A stretch of DNA of 64,000 nt from an uncultured Chthonomonadaceae bacterium (GCA_963835065.1 CAWIEK010000003.1:32001-96000), one strand, 5' to 3'; positions 19,020 through 29,926 are shown, numbered from the stretch's first letter. Notes: generated from the letters alone by a model not told the origin. Program-made: numbers and translations.

Positions 19020-20192
19020 CTATGTAAGCCCCCTGGTTGTATGTCCGTTAGCGGCGCGTTCAAAGTCAGAGTTTACGCCTGCATCGGTAAATTCCGGCAG
19101 GAGGTTATCTCGCTGCGCTTCCTGCCACAGATTGCCCTCCGAAGAGCGCGCTCCCGCTTCGCGCAGCAACGCCAACGTTTGCTGTCGATCCTGCGTTGTG
19201 GCCCAGACCGACGCGGCGTAGTACAAGTACGTCCAGGTGCTGGCTCTTTGCAGCGCAATGGCGCGTTCAAACAGGGGAATTGCCAGGTCGTACTGTCCCA
19301 TCCCGCGCAGTGGGCAGGCGATGTTATGCGAATTATCGCCCAGACGCCCTTGCTGATCCATCGTTAAGGGCGCGCATCGGTTCTCAACAGCCTCCATTAT
19401 GGCAATAGCTTCCTGCCCTAAGGCGCGTACCTTATCTGTGTTCCGCGCCTCCACATAAACGCGCATGGCGACATACAAACCTTCCAGATTCCATTTTTGC
19501 GCCAGTTCCCAATCCATCTCTTCGTTTGCCAGAAGTGTGATCTGCTCCGCAGCGCGCAGCCCTTTGTCTTTTTGTCCGTCCCACGCGGCGGCGACAGAAA
19601 AGGTGCGCAAAAAGTTGAAGCGTTGAAAGCGGTTACGTGCCGTGGGAACAACGGTATCCAACGCGGATTGAGCAAGCGCGAACCAGGCATCCGCGCGTCC
19701 GCTTTCCACCCAGCATTTTGCCTGTGTGCCGTCGTGCATGACCCACAGCAGTACGCTTTCCGGCGCAATGGTTTTGTCGTTGTCAGACGATTCGAGCGGA
19801 TGGTACGGAAATTGTTCGGCCAGGTTCAGCTTGTAGCCAGTCAGGTGTTCGTCAGCCCATTGCCGTAAAGCGGTTTGTTCGGCCACAACATTGTCGCATT
19901 GATGCAAAACGGCCAGGCTGTCTACAAGCTGCCACCATGCCCATGCCCGTTCATCTGTTGTCAATGGCTGCTTCAGGTAGCGACGCAGCAGAGTCAGCAA
20001 TTCCGCGCGTTCTCCCAACCGATCCAGCAGTTCAAAACCGGCATGAACCGTATCCTGCGTGAGAACGTCCTCTTGAAGCGCAGCTTTATGCAGCAAAAGC
20101 GCCTTTGTCAGCAGTTCGCGGTCCGCAGAATGAGGATCACTGCGAAACTGCGCTGCATACGCGCCGACATATTCGGCAACCGTTGACGACAT
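19020..20192 (-). CDS. Hypothetical alpha-helical (TPR-like) protein
   Basis: 390-aa ORF with SD AAGGAG. GQYDLAIPLFERAIALQ is a TPR-like segment. Confidence 0.7.
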   Translation of the reverse strand: MSSTVAEYVGAYAAQFRSDPHSADRELLTKALLLHKAALQEDVLTQDTVHAGFELLDRLGERAELLTLLRRYLKQPLTTDERAWAWWQLVDSLAVLHQCDNVVAEQTALRQWADEHLTGYKLNLAEQFPYHPLESSDNDKTIAPESVLLWVMHDGTQAKCWVESGRADAWFALAQSALDTVVPTARNRFQRFNFLRTFSVAAAWDGQKDKGLRAAEQITLLANEEMDWELAQKWNLEGLYVAMRVYVEARNTDKVRALGQEAIAIMEAVENRCAPLTMDQQGRLGDNSHNIACPLRGMGQYDLAIPLFERAIALQRASTWTYLYYAASVWATTQDRQQTLALLREAGARSSEGNLWQEAQRDNLLPEFTDAGVNSDFERAANGHTTRGLT

Positions 20193-20305
20193 AGCGGCTC
20201 CTTGTCACCCACCAGAAACTTCGCATACGACCACAGCAACAGTCGGTCTTGTGGAAACATGCTGCCGGCCTGAATACCGACACCCGAACACCGACCCTGC
20301 CGTTG

Positions 20306-21661
20306 TTATACAGCGCTTTTGCGCTTGCCGCTTGCTCGCGCCTCGTACTCCTCGTCCGTTTTGTCCTCATCCTCGAAATTGAACTCGATATCGCGGATTT
20401 TCACCGTGTCGCCGTCCTGCGCGCCCAGACTGCGCAGGCGCTTGGTGACGCCGATTTTATCCAGGGATTTTTGCAGGCGGCGCACGGCGAACTCGTTTTC
20501 CAGATCGGTCATCGCCACCATGCGCTCCAGCCCTTTGCCGACCACCTGGTATTGTCCCTTGCCGATTTGCCGCGCTTCCCAATGGTTGTCGTCTTCCTGC
20601 GGTGTTGCGCGAATGACAATCTCGCGCGTTGGTTCCGCGTCCTGCCGCGCCTGCTCTTCCGCCCGCAGGGCTTCCAGCCGATCCATGACCGTGTAAATCA
20701 GGGGCGTCAGGCCGTTGCGGGTGGCGGCGGAAATGCGGTACACAGTATAGCCCCGGTTTTGCAGTTCGATTTCGAGCGCATCCACCTGCGCGGGTTCCTG
20801 CATGGCGTCAATTTTGTTCAGCGCGACAATCTGCGGCAATTGGGCCAAGCGTGGGTCGTACAACGCCAGTTCGCGGTTCAGCACCTCGAAATCGTTCAGG
20901 GGATCGCGCCCCGTCATCCCGCTCACGTCCAATAGATGAATCAGCAGGCGCGAACGGGACACGTGTCGTAAAAACTGATGCCCTAATCCCACACCCTCAT
21001 GCGCGCCCTCGATGATGCCCGGAATATCCGCCATGACGAAGTTGCGCTCCGATTCGACGCGCACCACGCCTAAATTTGGGACGAGGGTTGTAAACGGATA
21101 ATCCGCGATTTTGGGTTTGGCGGCGGAAACAGCGGAAATCAGCGTGGATTTGCCGACATTGGGGAATCCAAGCAGGCCCACGTCCGCCAAAAGCCGCAGT
21201 TCCATTTTCAGCCGCTTCACTTCGCCCGGCTCGCCCCGTTCCGCGAACTTGGGAGCCTGGTGAATGGACGTGGCGAAGTGGGCGTTGCCCCGCCCGCCGA
21301 TGCCACCCTTCGCCGCTATAAACCGGGCGTCGGGCGTGTTCATATCTGCAATCACTTCGCCCGTATCCAGGTCGGTGACAACCGTTCCGAGGGGCACTTT
21401 GAGTTCCAAATTGCCGCCGTCCTTGCCGAACATATCCTTTGAGGCTCCGTCGCCGCCCCTGTCCGCTTTATATTTGTGCCGGTAACGAAAATCCAGCAGC
21501 GTGGTCACGTTGGAGTCCACCTGAAAAATCACGCTGCCGCCGTGCCCGCCATCGCCGCCGTTCGGTCCGCCGTTGGGCACGTATTTTTCCGTGCGAAACG
21601 TCGCCATGCCGTTGCCGCCATTGCCGGCCAAAACTTCGATTTCCACTTCATCTACAAACAT
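20306..21661 (-). CDS. obgE: GTPase ObgE/CgtA with C-terminal DUF1967-like domain
   Basis: MFVDEV, GGDGGHGG, ADVGLLGFPNVGKST, DYPFTTLVPNLG, DIPG and NKID motifs. Confidence 0.97.
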   Translation of the reverse strand: MFVDEVEIEVLAGNGGNGMATFRTEKYVPNGGPNGGDGGHGGSVIFQVDSNVTTLLDFRYRHKYKADRGGDGASKDMFGKDGGNLELKVPLGTVVTDLDTGEVIADMNTPDARFIAAKGGIGGRGNAHFATSIHQAPKFAERGEPGEVKRLKMELRLLADVGLLGFPNVGKSTLISAVSAAKPKIADYPFTTLVPNLGVVRVESERNFVMADIPGIIEGAHEGVGLGHQFLRHVSRSRLLIHLLDVSGMTGRDPLNDFEVLNRELALYDPRLAQLPQIVALNKIDAMQEPAQVDALEIELQNRGYTVYRISAATRNGLTPLIYTVMDRLEALRAEEQARQDAEPTREIVIRATPQEDDNHWEARQIGKGQYQVVGKGLERMVAMTDLENEFAVRRLQKSLDKIGVTKRLRSLGAQDGDTVKIRDIEFNFEDEDKTDEEYEARASGKRKSAV

Positions 21662-21938
21662 CACCACTGCGCTCGCTTTCTTTCTTTGCTGCAACCCACG
21701 CTTATCGCTGCGCTTCGCCAACCCTGACGGCACGCGCTTTCCAGCCGTGCCCTATCAAAATATCTTTCTCTATTGTATCAGGTTTCATCCCACTTAGGGA
21801 AAATGAAAATTGTTCCTGAGAATAGAGGAGTTCGGCGGCGCATGTCTAACATTACTGGGGAAGATACTTTGAGAGTTCATCGCGCAGATGAAGAAGTCTG
21901 CAAGCCGTTTTTGGAACGGCGGCGTTCGGGAGGCATGT

Positions 21939-22535
21939 ATGTTGATGGGGAAAATTTTTGTCGGTATCGCTATTGTGGCTCTGATTGGCGTCGGAGGTTA
22001 CTTCCTGGCGCAGAAAAACAAGGCGCAGGCGGCTGTGCAGCAGGAAGTCGCGCTGCAGCAGTCGGAAAAGCAGGAATGTGAAAAGCGCCTGACGCTGTTT
22101 TATGGAGCGTGGAAGAAATACAAAGCCGACCACAAGGGGCAAGACCCGGCGACCGTTGACCTGCTTGTGCCCAAGTACATCTCGGATGTGAACCTGCTGG
22201 TTTGCCCTACGGCCAAACGCTGGATTAGCAACCACAAAGCCATAGACCGGGGAACCTTCAAGGTCAACAATAAGGATGTTGACGCAACCTACGAGTTCCT
22301 GTGGCTTGGGGCAAATAAAGACCTCAACCTAAAGAAATACGGGGACAAAGCGCCTCTGATTGCCTGTTCCGCCCACGAAGAAGGGCTATACCTGGCCGTT
22401 TATAACAAGAAGCCGCCAGTCAGCGCCTTTGACGCCGACAAGCGCGCCGGTTACGTAGCGGAACTGCAAAACGCGCATCTTCTCGCCGTGCGGCGCAATG
22501 GAACCGTAGGAGAGTTGACCTCTAATGAAGAGTGA
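21939..22535 (+). CDS. Membrane-anchored hypothetical protein (pseudopilin-like globular domain)
   Basis: SD GGGAGG, N-terminal transmembrane helix, and C..L..LY / LVPKYI...LLVCP pattern. Confidence 0.7.
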   Translation: MLMGKIFVGIAIVALIGVGGYFLAQKNKAQAAVQQEVALQQSEKQECEKRLTLFYGAWKKYKADHKGQDPATVDLLVPKYISDVNLLVCPTAKRWISNHKAIDRGTFKVNNKDVDATYEFLWLGANKDLNLKKYGDKAPLIACSAHEEGLYLAVYNKKPPVSAFDADKRAGYVAELQNAHLLAVRRNGTVGELTSNEE

Positions 22536-22551
22536 AGAGAAGTGATTCGGG

Positions 22552-24351
22552 TCAGGGCGACTGCGCGACGATGCTGTCACCCTGCCGGATAGTCACGAGG
22601 GTATTTGTGGCGGCAACGTCAACATGCTGCGTTTTGCCGTCCGGCCAGCGCATCTCCAGGCTGACCGGCCCTTTGTACGCGCCCAGCCCGAAGTGGGCGA
22701 CAGGCGGCAGGGCGGACAGGACGCTGCCCGACGTTCGGATTTCGCGCAGTTGCTTGTGGCCGTTTGCCAACAAGGTAATTCGCGCGCCCAATCCGAAGCG
22801 GTTCGCCCCGGAAGATTGCAGCTGCACGTCCAGCCAGTTCTGCGGGGCTGACTGATTGTGCAGCAGAACCGCCTCGCCTTCCAGATTACAAATCAGCGCG
22901 TCTGCCCGTCCATCCCGGTCATAATCCGCGAACGCCAGCCCCCGGCCCACAAGCGGGATTTTGGCCCACTCGCCTGTCTGCGCGGTGACGTCCGTAAAAT
23001 GCCCCTGATGGTTTTGGAAAATTTGAATCGGCTGCGCATAGGTTTGTGACGCATCGAAATCATGCACGTTGTCGCGCACGTGCCCGCTTGTCACCATCAA
23101 ATCCAGCCAGCCGTCATTATCCAAATCCGCAAAGCCCACGCCGAATTTAACATAAGGCATCGTCGCCGGTCCAAGCCCGGTCGTGCCACTGGTAAAACTG
23201 AACAGGCCGTCGCCATCATTATGATACAGGCTGATGGCTTGCTCAAAATAGGTCGTCACCACCAGGTCCAGCCGCCCGTCATTGTCATAATCGCCTGAAT
23301 CCACGCCCATTCCGCCCTGCACATGCCCCTGTCCATCAAACGCCGTGCCGCTTTTGGTTCCCACATCCTGCCATCCGGCGGCATCGCGCGTCCATAAATC
23401 CCCCGGCATCTGATCGTTGGCGAGATACAGCGCGGGATGGCCTTGATTGAGCAGGTCGGAGGCCAATACCCCCCACGTTTTACCCGTATCCTTCCAGGGA
23501 ACGGCGCGAAAATGCCTGCCGTCTATGTTACGAAACAATTTGCCCGACAGGGCCGCGTACATTTCGGGGCCGCAGGCGGAGCGCATGTTGGCAACCTGGC
23601 AAATTTGCGGCGTATCGGCATCGAACTTCACGTATTGCGACACAAACAAGTCCAGCCTCCCCGTGCCGCTCAAATCCGCGAAGGCCGCGCTCATAGACCA
23701 ATCCAGGCCGTCAATACCGCTTTCTTTGGTAACATCCTCAAAGCGCCCGTTGCCCAGATTGCGATACAGCGCGCAACAGCGATAGCCCGTCAGGAAAATA
23801 TCGGGCTTGCCGTCGCCGTCATAATCGCCAACCGCGCACCCCATCCAATAAGCGTCGGTTTTCAGGCCGCTGATTCTGGTTACATCCGTGAATTTACCGT
23901 TATGTTCGTTGTGGTAGAGGGCGAGGTTATGCGGCCCGACAAGCAGCGCGTCCGGCCAGCCGTCGCCGTCATAGTCCAGCCACGCGCACCCGCCCCCGGA
24001 GGTTTCCAGCAGCGTGAGCGGCGAGCGGCCCTGATGTCCCAAAGTGAAGTGAATGCCCGCTTCCTGCGCGGCAGACACAAAGCGCAGGGAAGTGGAAGCG
24101 GCAGGAGAAGGCGTTCCTGACGGCGATTGTGGGGGTGGGGTGGGCGCAGGTGGGTGCGGCTTGCCGCACCCGCACAGAACAAGGCACAACAGCGCCGCGC
24201 ATTGCCACGCCGCAGGCCGGTACTCTCCAGGGAACAGCGCCCGGACGGAAGAAACAACGCGCCGCGCAAACAATCGCAACGCAAACAATCGCCGCGTAAA
24301 ATTGCGCGGCACAGCAACGCGCGGCATAAAGGATAAGCGGCAACGGTTCAT
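22552..24351 (-). CDS. CRTAC1 / FG-GAP repeat + ASPIC-UnbV protein (putative lipoprotein)
   Basis: Repeated DYDGDG/DxDNDG FG-GAP motifs, C-terminal GARI...SGSVLS...HFGLG...WPDG, and lipobox-like LCGC. Confidence 0.9.
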   Translation of the reverse strand: MNRCRLSFMPRVAVPRNFTRRLFALRLFARRVVSSVRALFPGEYRPAAWQCAALLCLVLCGCGKPHPPAPTPPPQSPSGTPSPAASTSLRFVSAAQEAGIHFTLGHQGRSPLTLLETSGGGCAWLDYDGDGWPDALLVGPHNLALYHNEHNGKFTDVTRISGLKTDAYWMGCAVGDYDGDGKPDIFLTGYRCCALYRNLGNGRFEDVTKESGIDGLDWSMSAAFADLSGTGRLDLFVSQYVKFDADTPQICQVANMRSACGPEMYAALSGKLFRNIDGRHFRAVPWKDTGKTWGVLASDLLNQGHPALYLANDQMPGDLWTRDAAGWQDVGTKSGTAFDGQGHVQGGMGVDSGDYDNDGRLDLVVTTYFEQAISLYHNDGDGLFSFTSGTTGLGPATMPYVKFGVGFADLDNDGWLDLMVTSGHVRDNVHDFDASQTYAQPIQIFQNHQGHFTDVTAQTGEWAKIPLVGRGLAFADYDRDGRADALICNLEGEAVLLHNQSAPQNWLDVQLQSSGANRFGLGARITLLANGHKQLREIRTSGSVLSALPPVAHFGLGAYKGPVSLEMRWPDGKTQHVDVAATNTLVTIRQGDSIVAQSP

Positions 24352-25577
24352 GGCGTTGCTTTCGGCGCGCTGCCAAGCCGGCTTTGCAATTGCGCCAATC
24401 GCGTCTTGAGAGCGGCCTGGTTCGGGTTGATGTTCAGCGCGTTGCGCAGACTGTCAACGGCTCCGGTCAAATCACCCTGCCGCGCCTGCAAATCGGCCAG
24501 GCGCGAATACAGGTCGGCATTGTTCGGCTGACTGCCCAATGTGGCGCGAACGTCATCCATTTGGCGCTGCAAGTCCTGCCGACGGCGGAAAATGGCAAGC
24601 GCGCGCTCGGCGTCCGCTGTCCGGTTTAAGCGCCGACAGACCAGTCCCAGAGAGTAATACGTTTGGGTGTGTTCCGGGGCGGTTTGTGTGCTGCGTTCCA
24701 AAAAGCGCGCCGCCACCGCCCAATGCCCGCGCAGGCGCTCCAATTCTCCATGCTCAAAGGGCAGCAGAGGATTGTCCGGGTTGATCTGCTCGATGATGGC
24801 GATTACCTGCTCGGCGCGGTCTAAATCCTCGTTGTTGCGATGGCCGGTCAGCAGGGCGTTCAGGTAGTCGGACTGCACTTTCAGGCTGGCGGGAGCCAGT
24901 TGCGCGGCCTGCTGCAGGGCGGCAAGGCCCGCCTCAATGTTGCCGACGCCGATTTCTATAGTGCCCTTCAAGGCCAGGCAGTTCGGATCGGCGGGAAGAA
25001 GGCGCAGCGCCTGGGCAATGGCCTCCTGCGCCTGCGCCGTTCGCTGCGTTTCCAGATAGCAGGTCGCCAGTTCATACCAGGCCCCCGCTGCCTTCGGGTC
25101 TGCCTGAACAACGGCATTAAAGGCTTCGGAAGCGTGGAGATAGGACCCTTTTTCCCGGTACAAGCGTCCGAGCGCCATTTGCGCCACCACGCTGCGCGGG
25201 TTGTTTCCCACCGCCCGCTTCAGTAATTCAAACGCTTCCGAATAGTGGTTCTCCGCAATCAGAATTTCGGCAAGCCCGGTCGCCACTTCCGCGTCTTTCT
25301 GGTTAAGCGCATACGCCTGAATCAGCGCGGGTTCCGCCATCGCCGCGTCGCCGTCATGGGCAAGGCGCAGTCCCAGTATTCGCCAGCCCAGCGCATCGTT
25401 GGGATGGTCATCCAGCATCCGGCGCAGGCTCACCAGACTCATGCGCGGATAGCGGTACGCCGCGCTCCAGGGGCCGAACCACCACGCGGCGACGCTGCCA
25501 CAGCCGACAGCCAGGAGGAGCAGCAGGATGGCCTTCCAGCGCCCGCGTCGTACAGGTTTTTCAGGTGTTACTTCCAT
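24348..25577 (-). CDS. Tetratricopeptide repeat protein with N-terminal membrane anchor
   Basis: Multiple TPR units. Stop overlaps the start of the CRTAC1 gene. Confidence 0.9.
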   Translation of the reverse strand: MEVTPEKPVRRGRWKAILLLLLAVGCGSVAAWWFGPWSAAYRYPRMSLVSLRRMLDDHPNDALGWRILGLRLAHDGDAAMAEPALIQAYALNQKDAEVATGLAEILIAENHYSEAFELLKRAVGNNPRSVVAQMALGRLYREKGSYLHASEAFNAVVQADPKAAGAWYELATCYLETQRTAQAQEAIAQALRLLPADPNCLALKGTIEIGVGNIEAGLAALQQAAQLAPASLKVQSDYLNALLTGHRNNEDLDRAEQVIAIIEQINPDNPLLPFEHGELERLRGHWAVAARFLERSTQTAPEHTQTYYSLGLVCRRLNRTADAERALAIFRRRQDLQRQMDDVRATLGSQPNNADLYSRLADLQARQGDLTGAVDSLRNALNINPNQAALKTRLAQLQSRLGSAPKATP

Positions 25578-25608
25578 TAGTATTTTTAATTGATATTTTC
25601 GTTTGTTT

Positions 25609-27372
25609 TCAAGGCTCTGTAATCGTTACATCACCGGGAATTTTGGGCGAATTCAGGATGCTTTTCGCGCCGCTCGGCCACTTCACTTCGATGCGGTCTA
25701 CGGCGGCCACATTGCCCAATCCGATCCACGCCCGCGCGTCGCTTGCGGACAGGTAGCTGCCGCCGGTGGTACATTCGGCCCGCCATTGCCGGCTTCCTGC
25801 CACAACCCTTATTTGCGCGCCGATACCCATACGGTTGCTGCGCGTGCCTACCAGCCGAACACGCAGCCATTTCCCCGTTGCGGGGATACGGTTGTACAGG
25901 ATGCGGACGCGCCCTTCCAGATCCGTGACAACCAGGTCGAGCCTGCCATCCTCATCGAAATCGGCAATGGCTAACGCCCGTCCCACGCACGGCGTTGTAA
26001 ATCCCGGCCCGGCCTCTTTGGAACGCTCCTGCAAGCCGCCCTTGCCGTCGTTCATGAACAATTGCAGGGGCTGGCGATAGCGCGACATGGCATCTATTTT
26101 TTCCTCGTTATCATAAACGTGTCCGTTCGCCTGCGCAATGTCCAGCCAGCCATCGTTATCGAAATCCGCCCATTTAATGCCGAAACCCACATACGGGCGC
26201 GTGGCCTGCGTGACTCCCGTTGCCACGCCCTGATTCTGGTACGCGCCCCCGCCCCCATCCACGTACAGGCTCGTGCCCTCATACTGGAAGGTGGAAACGG
26301 CCAGGGACGGCTTGCCGTCATGCTTGAAATCGCCCCAATCCACGCCCATCGCGCCCTGCGGCTTGCCGTCTTCCGTCAGCGCCACGCCGTGCAGCAAGCC
26401 TTCCTCGACAAATCCCTTGCCCTTTTGATTGACAAAAAAATCTCCCGGCATTTCGTCGTTGCCCAGGTACAGGTCAGGCCAGCCGTCGCCGTTCACATCC
26501 GCAAACGCCACGCCCAGGCATTTGCCGTGCGCTTTGTCCAGTCCCATCTGGCGCGTCACGTCCTGAAAATGCCCGCCTCCCAGATTGCGGTACAGGCTGC
26601 CGATTTGCGGGTCGTACATTTTGGGGCCGCAGGCGGTCGGGGTGTTTTTGCGGTCACTGCAAAACTGCATCGTGTGTTCATTGAAGACGACATAGCGCCC
26701 GATGTACACATCCAATTTGCCGTCTCGATCCACATCCGCGAACGCCGCGCTTGTGGCCCAACTGGTGGGCGAAGGCGCTTCCAGTCCCGAACCTTTGGTG
26801 ATGTCGGCGAACTTGCCCCCGCCCAAATTACGAAACAATTTTACCACGCCGTAGCCGGTGAGGAGCAGATCGGGGCGTCCGTCGTTATCTATGTCGCCGA
26901 CTGCGCAGCCGGTGAAAAATCCCGATGTTTCCAGGCCGCTGCCTTTGGTGACATCCTCAAAAGTTCCATTGCCCCGGTTATGATAAAGCCGGCACTGCCC
27001 CGCGCGCTCTGCGGCAGGTTTGCCGGAAGGTTTATCCCAGGGTTGGTTCATGGGCTGTCCGACGAAAAACAGGTCGGCATGGCCGTCGCCGTCATAATCG
27101 AATACGGCGCAGCCCGTGCCGATAGTTTCCAGGAGCGTCAGGGGCGATTTGCCGCCGTGTCCAAGCTGAAAATCCACGCCCGCTGCCAGGGCGCGCTCTT
27201 CAAACCAGGCGGGCAGGGAAATGGCTGACGGAGGGGAAGGCAGGGTTTCCGAGGGTGTCTTCGGCCTGCACGAGAAGGCGCATATCAGGCCAATTGCCGC
27301 CAGCAGCGCGCCCGTAAGGATACGAAGGATGCCAATGCAGGCGGGGCGGATTGTCTTGCGTGATGCGCTCAT
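25609..27372 (-). CDS. CRTAC1 / FG-GAP repeat + ASPIC-UnbV protein, second paralog
   Basis: DYDGDG, DIDNDG, DVDRDG, DVNGDG repeats and SNRMGIGA...GGSYLS...WPSG. Start uncertain; ATG 27372 chosen. Confidence 0.88.
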   Translation of the reverse strand: MSASRKTIRPACIGILRILTGALLAAIGLICAFSCRPKTPSETLPSPPSAISLPAWFEERALAAGVDFQLGHGGKSPLTLLETIGTGCAVFDYDGDGHADLFFVGQPMNQPWDKPSGKPAAERAGQCRLYHNRGNGTFEDVTKGSGLETSGFFTGCAVGDIDNDGRPDLLLTGYGVVKLFRNLGGGKFADITKGSGLEAPSPTSWATSAAFADVDRDGKLDVYIGRYVVFNEHTMQFCSDRKNTPTACGPKMYDPQIGSLYRNLGGGHFQDVTRQMGLDKAHGKCLGVAFADVNGDGWPDLYLGNDEMPGDFFVNQKGKGFVEEGLLHGVALTEDGKPQGAMGVDWGDFKHDGKPSLAVSTFQYEGTSLYVDGGGGAYQNQGVATGVTQATRPYVGFGIKWADFDNDGWLDIAQANGHVYDNEEKIDAMSRYRQPLQLFMNDGKGGLQERSKEAGPGFTTPCVGRALAIADFDEDGRLDLVVTDLEGRVRILYNRIPATGKWLRVRLVGTRSNRMGIGAQIRVVAGSRQWRAECTTGGSYLSASDARAWIGLGNVAAVDRIEVKWPSGAKSILNSPKIPGDVTITEP

Positions 27373-28852
27373 GGATGCGGCGTGACCGAGGGCGCAGCCG
27401 CCAGGTGAGGGGCAGGCGCGGATGCAGGCAAGCCTGTCCCATTCCCGGCTGCCGTCGGGACGGATGGGGCAGGCATTGCATCCGATGCAGGCAGGCACGA
27501 TGAGGCAGTGGCGAACCCGATGCGGAAGGCGGCGCAGCGGCGGGGGCAGGCGGCTTATTTGCGGCTTTCTGCCTGAGTTCCGCTTCGGCTTTGCGCTTGA
27601 GTTCCGCTTTGTATTTTTCGAATTCGGCGCGTACCGCTCTGTCTTCCACGCCCATTCGCTCATACACCTTGTATTCCGACACGGCATCCTCATCATTCTC
27701 GTATTTGCGGAACAAACGCGCCATTTGCAGATGCAAAGGCCGGTTCTGCGGGTCGAGCCGGATGCGGTTTTGCGTATCTTCGATGTCGTGCTTGGCTTTC
27801 GCTAATTCCTGCGCGGTGGCGATAGCGGCTTTGCCCGCGTCCACCTTGCCGATTTTTATCAAGCACAGGCCAAAATGGTACAGGGCTTGATCGTCGGAAG
27901 CGTTCAAATTGGTCGCGATGCGCAGATGCTCCACGGCTCCCACCCAATCGCTCTGCCGCTCCTTCAAGCGCCCCAGTTCCAGCTGCGCGTCGCCCATTTG
28001 CGGATCCAGGCTGACGGCGTTTTCCAATTGCTGCTGCGCCTGCGTTCGCAGGGCAGGCGTGTCGCCCATTTGCAGATACATTTGCCCCAGCCAGAAATGG
28101 GCCGTCGGGTCTTTGGGATTGAGCGCGATAGCCTTCTGAAACTGCTCCTCGGCCTCCTGAAAACGGGAATAGTGGCGGGAAATCTGTCCCAAATCCCGCC
28201 AGGAAAGCGCTTGTTTGGGATCCAGGGCAGTGGCTTTCTTCAGCGCCTCATACGCCAGGTCGGATTCAGACGATTCGCCGTACATCTTGCCTAGCGAGTA
28301 CCAGGCATAGGCATTGTCCGGCTGCAAGGCCACGACTTTCTTAAGTGGCTCAATGGCCTTGCGGGGGCTGCCCATAGCATACGTGGCTTTTGCCAGCGAC
28401 AGTAGATTCCCCGGATTGTCGGGTTCCAGCTTGACCGCTTCCTGAACGGATTGCAGCGCGGCGGGCATATTGCCCATGCGCAGGTAAGCGTTTCCAAGCG
28501 ACAGATGCGCGTCGGCTACTTTGGGGTTGAGGCTGACAGCGTATTGCAGGGCGCCCACCGCTTCCTTGGAATGTCCGGCGTTCAGCAGCGCGACGCCATA
28601 ATAGCCCCAGGTGAGCTGATCTGTAGGGTTGTCGTGAACGGCCAGCGCCAGTTCTTCTACGGAAAGCGTCTTCAGTTGCCGTTCCCGCGCCCAGGCGCTG
28701 TTGCGAACACGGATACTGATGCTGACAGCAAGAACGCCCAGCAGCACAAGCAAGGCCAGGCGCAAGGGAAAACGCGGTTTCGACTTTGCGGGGCCGGCCT
28801 GCGTCGTGTCGCGTGAGGATGTTGTTACGAGGGATTTCATACGCTCTGACAT
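27200..28852 (-). CDS. Tetratricopeptide repeat protein with N-terminal membrane anchor; C-terminal ~100 aa look non-native
   Basis: Many TPR units, then a Pro/Ala tail and Arg/Pro-rich sequence overlapping the next gene by 173 nt. Confidence 0.85.
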   Translation of the reverse strand: MSERMKSLVTTSSRDTTQAGPAKSKPRFPLRLALLVLLGVLAVSISIRVRNSAWARERQLKTLSVEELALAVHDNPTDQLTWGYYGVALLNAGHSKEAVGALQYAVSLNPKVADAHLSLGNAYLRMGNMPAALQSVQEAVKLEPDNPGNLLSLAKATYAMGSPRKAIEPLKKVVALQPDNAYAWYSLGKMYGESSESDLAYEALKKATALDPKQALSWRDLGQISRHYSRFQEAEEQFQKAIALNPKDPTAHFWLGQMYLQMGDTPALRTQAQQQLENAVSLDPQMGDAQLELGRLKERQSDWVGAVEHLRIATNLNASDDQALYHFGLCLIKIGKVDAGKAAIATAQELAKAKHDIEDTQNRIRLDPQNRPLHLQMARLFRKYENDEDAVSEYKVYERMGVEDRAVRAEFEKYKAELKRKAEAELRQKAANKPPAPAAAPPSASGSPLPHRACLHRMQCLPHPSRRQPGMGQACLHPRLPLTWRLRPRSRRIHERITQDNPPRLHWHPSYPYGRAAGGNWPDMRLLVQAEDTLGNPAFPSVSHFPARLV

Positions 28853-28977
28853 TCGTTGTCAATAGAGTGGGACGGTGACAGATTTGCCGGTTATTACCAC
28901 AAAGTACATGGCGATAACCGGCAAATTTCCTGGCGAATTGGCCTTTGCAAGCAACGTAAGGCTTAGAAGTTTAAGAC

Positions 28978-29853
28978 TTAGAAGTTGTTACCGGTCCATT
29001 TGGCGCCCGCGTTGTCCTGGCCTGGGATCATGTACGTGTTGCACGGGTAGGTATGCTCGAACCAGTTGTTGCCGCCACCCTGGAAGTACATGGCGGTTCC
29101 TTTAACCGCGTCAATCGGCTTGTCGCCCGTCGGGGAGAACTTGAAGTATTTCACGTGACCATCCGCGTGAACCACCTGGCCGCCGCCGTTATGGCGCGGC
29201 AGGCCCCAGGTAAAGCCCTGCCAGGTCAGCCAACCTGATACCAGGCTGGCGTTACAGCCGAACGTGGTGTCTTCGAGCAGCCAGGGAGTATTGGGCCGGC
29301 CTTTATAGTCCACGCCATCCACGCCGCCCCAGTCCGAGTGCCCATCCAGGAGCATCCAGGTTGTCGCAGGCGCTGATACGCCGGCGAGCTTGACGGGGGT
29401 ACGATGCCTGCCTGCCGCGTCATCATAGCCAGGCGATAACTGGTTGTTGTAGATGTAGTTGACGGGGTTGATATTCCAATCGGTGTGCTGCGGATTGTTC
29501 GGGTCTTCATCCAGGTCGGTGGTTTCCGGGCACTGGAACACGCCCTTGGACTTGACGTAAGGCTGAACGGTGTTTTGCCAGTCCCAGGTTCCGTAGTTAC
29601 CACCCTGCAGCCCTGTCTTATCAACGCGCCAGCCGCCGAAGGGATAGCGCTCGTCGAAATCCTGCACATACATCAGCATGCTCAAGCCCAGTTGCTTGAG
29701 GTTGCTGCTACAGGACGCCTGCCGCGCTTTGGCGCGCGCCTGCGCGAAGACGGGGAACAGAATGGCCGCCAGAATAGCGATAATGGCGATCACGACGAGC
29801 AGTTCGATCAGGGTAAAACCGCCGCGTTGGCGATAGCTCTTGCTGCGTTGCAT
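28978..29853 (-). CDS. Prepilin-type N-terminal cleavage/methylation protein (DUF1559-like, H-X9-DG motif)
   Basis: [40 protein letters not shown] and [23 protein letters not shown]. Confidence 0.93.
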   Translation of the reverse strand: MQRSKSYRQRGGFTLIELLVVIAIIAILAAILFPVFAQARAKARQASCSSNLKQLGLSMLMYVQDFDERYPFGGWRVDKTGLQGGNYGTWDWQNTVQPYVKSKGVFQCPETTDLDEDPNNPQHTDWNINPVNYIYNNQLSPGYDDAAGRHRTPVKLAGVSAPATTWMLLDGHSDWGGVDGVDYKGRPNTPWLLEDTTFGCNASLVSGWLTWQGFTWGLPRHNGGGQVVHADGHVKYFKFSPTGDKPIDAVKGTAMYFQGGGNNWFEHTYPCNTYMIPGQDNAGAKWTGNNF

Positions 29854-29926
29854 TTCACTTTCCTTTCCTTGTCTCAGGAACATATTAAAACATCAGACGA
29901 ACTTCTTCATCAAGAGAAGTTTTTCT

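Noticed and set aside
27373..27696. Cys-rich N-terminal extension of the second CRTAC1 ORF
   Set aside because: Overlaps the TPR coding region and the junction repeats; not protein-like.
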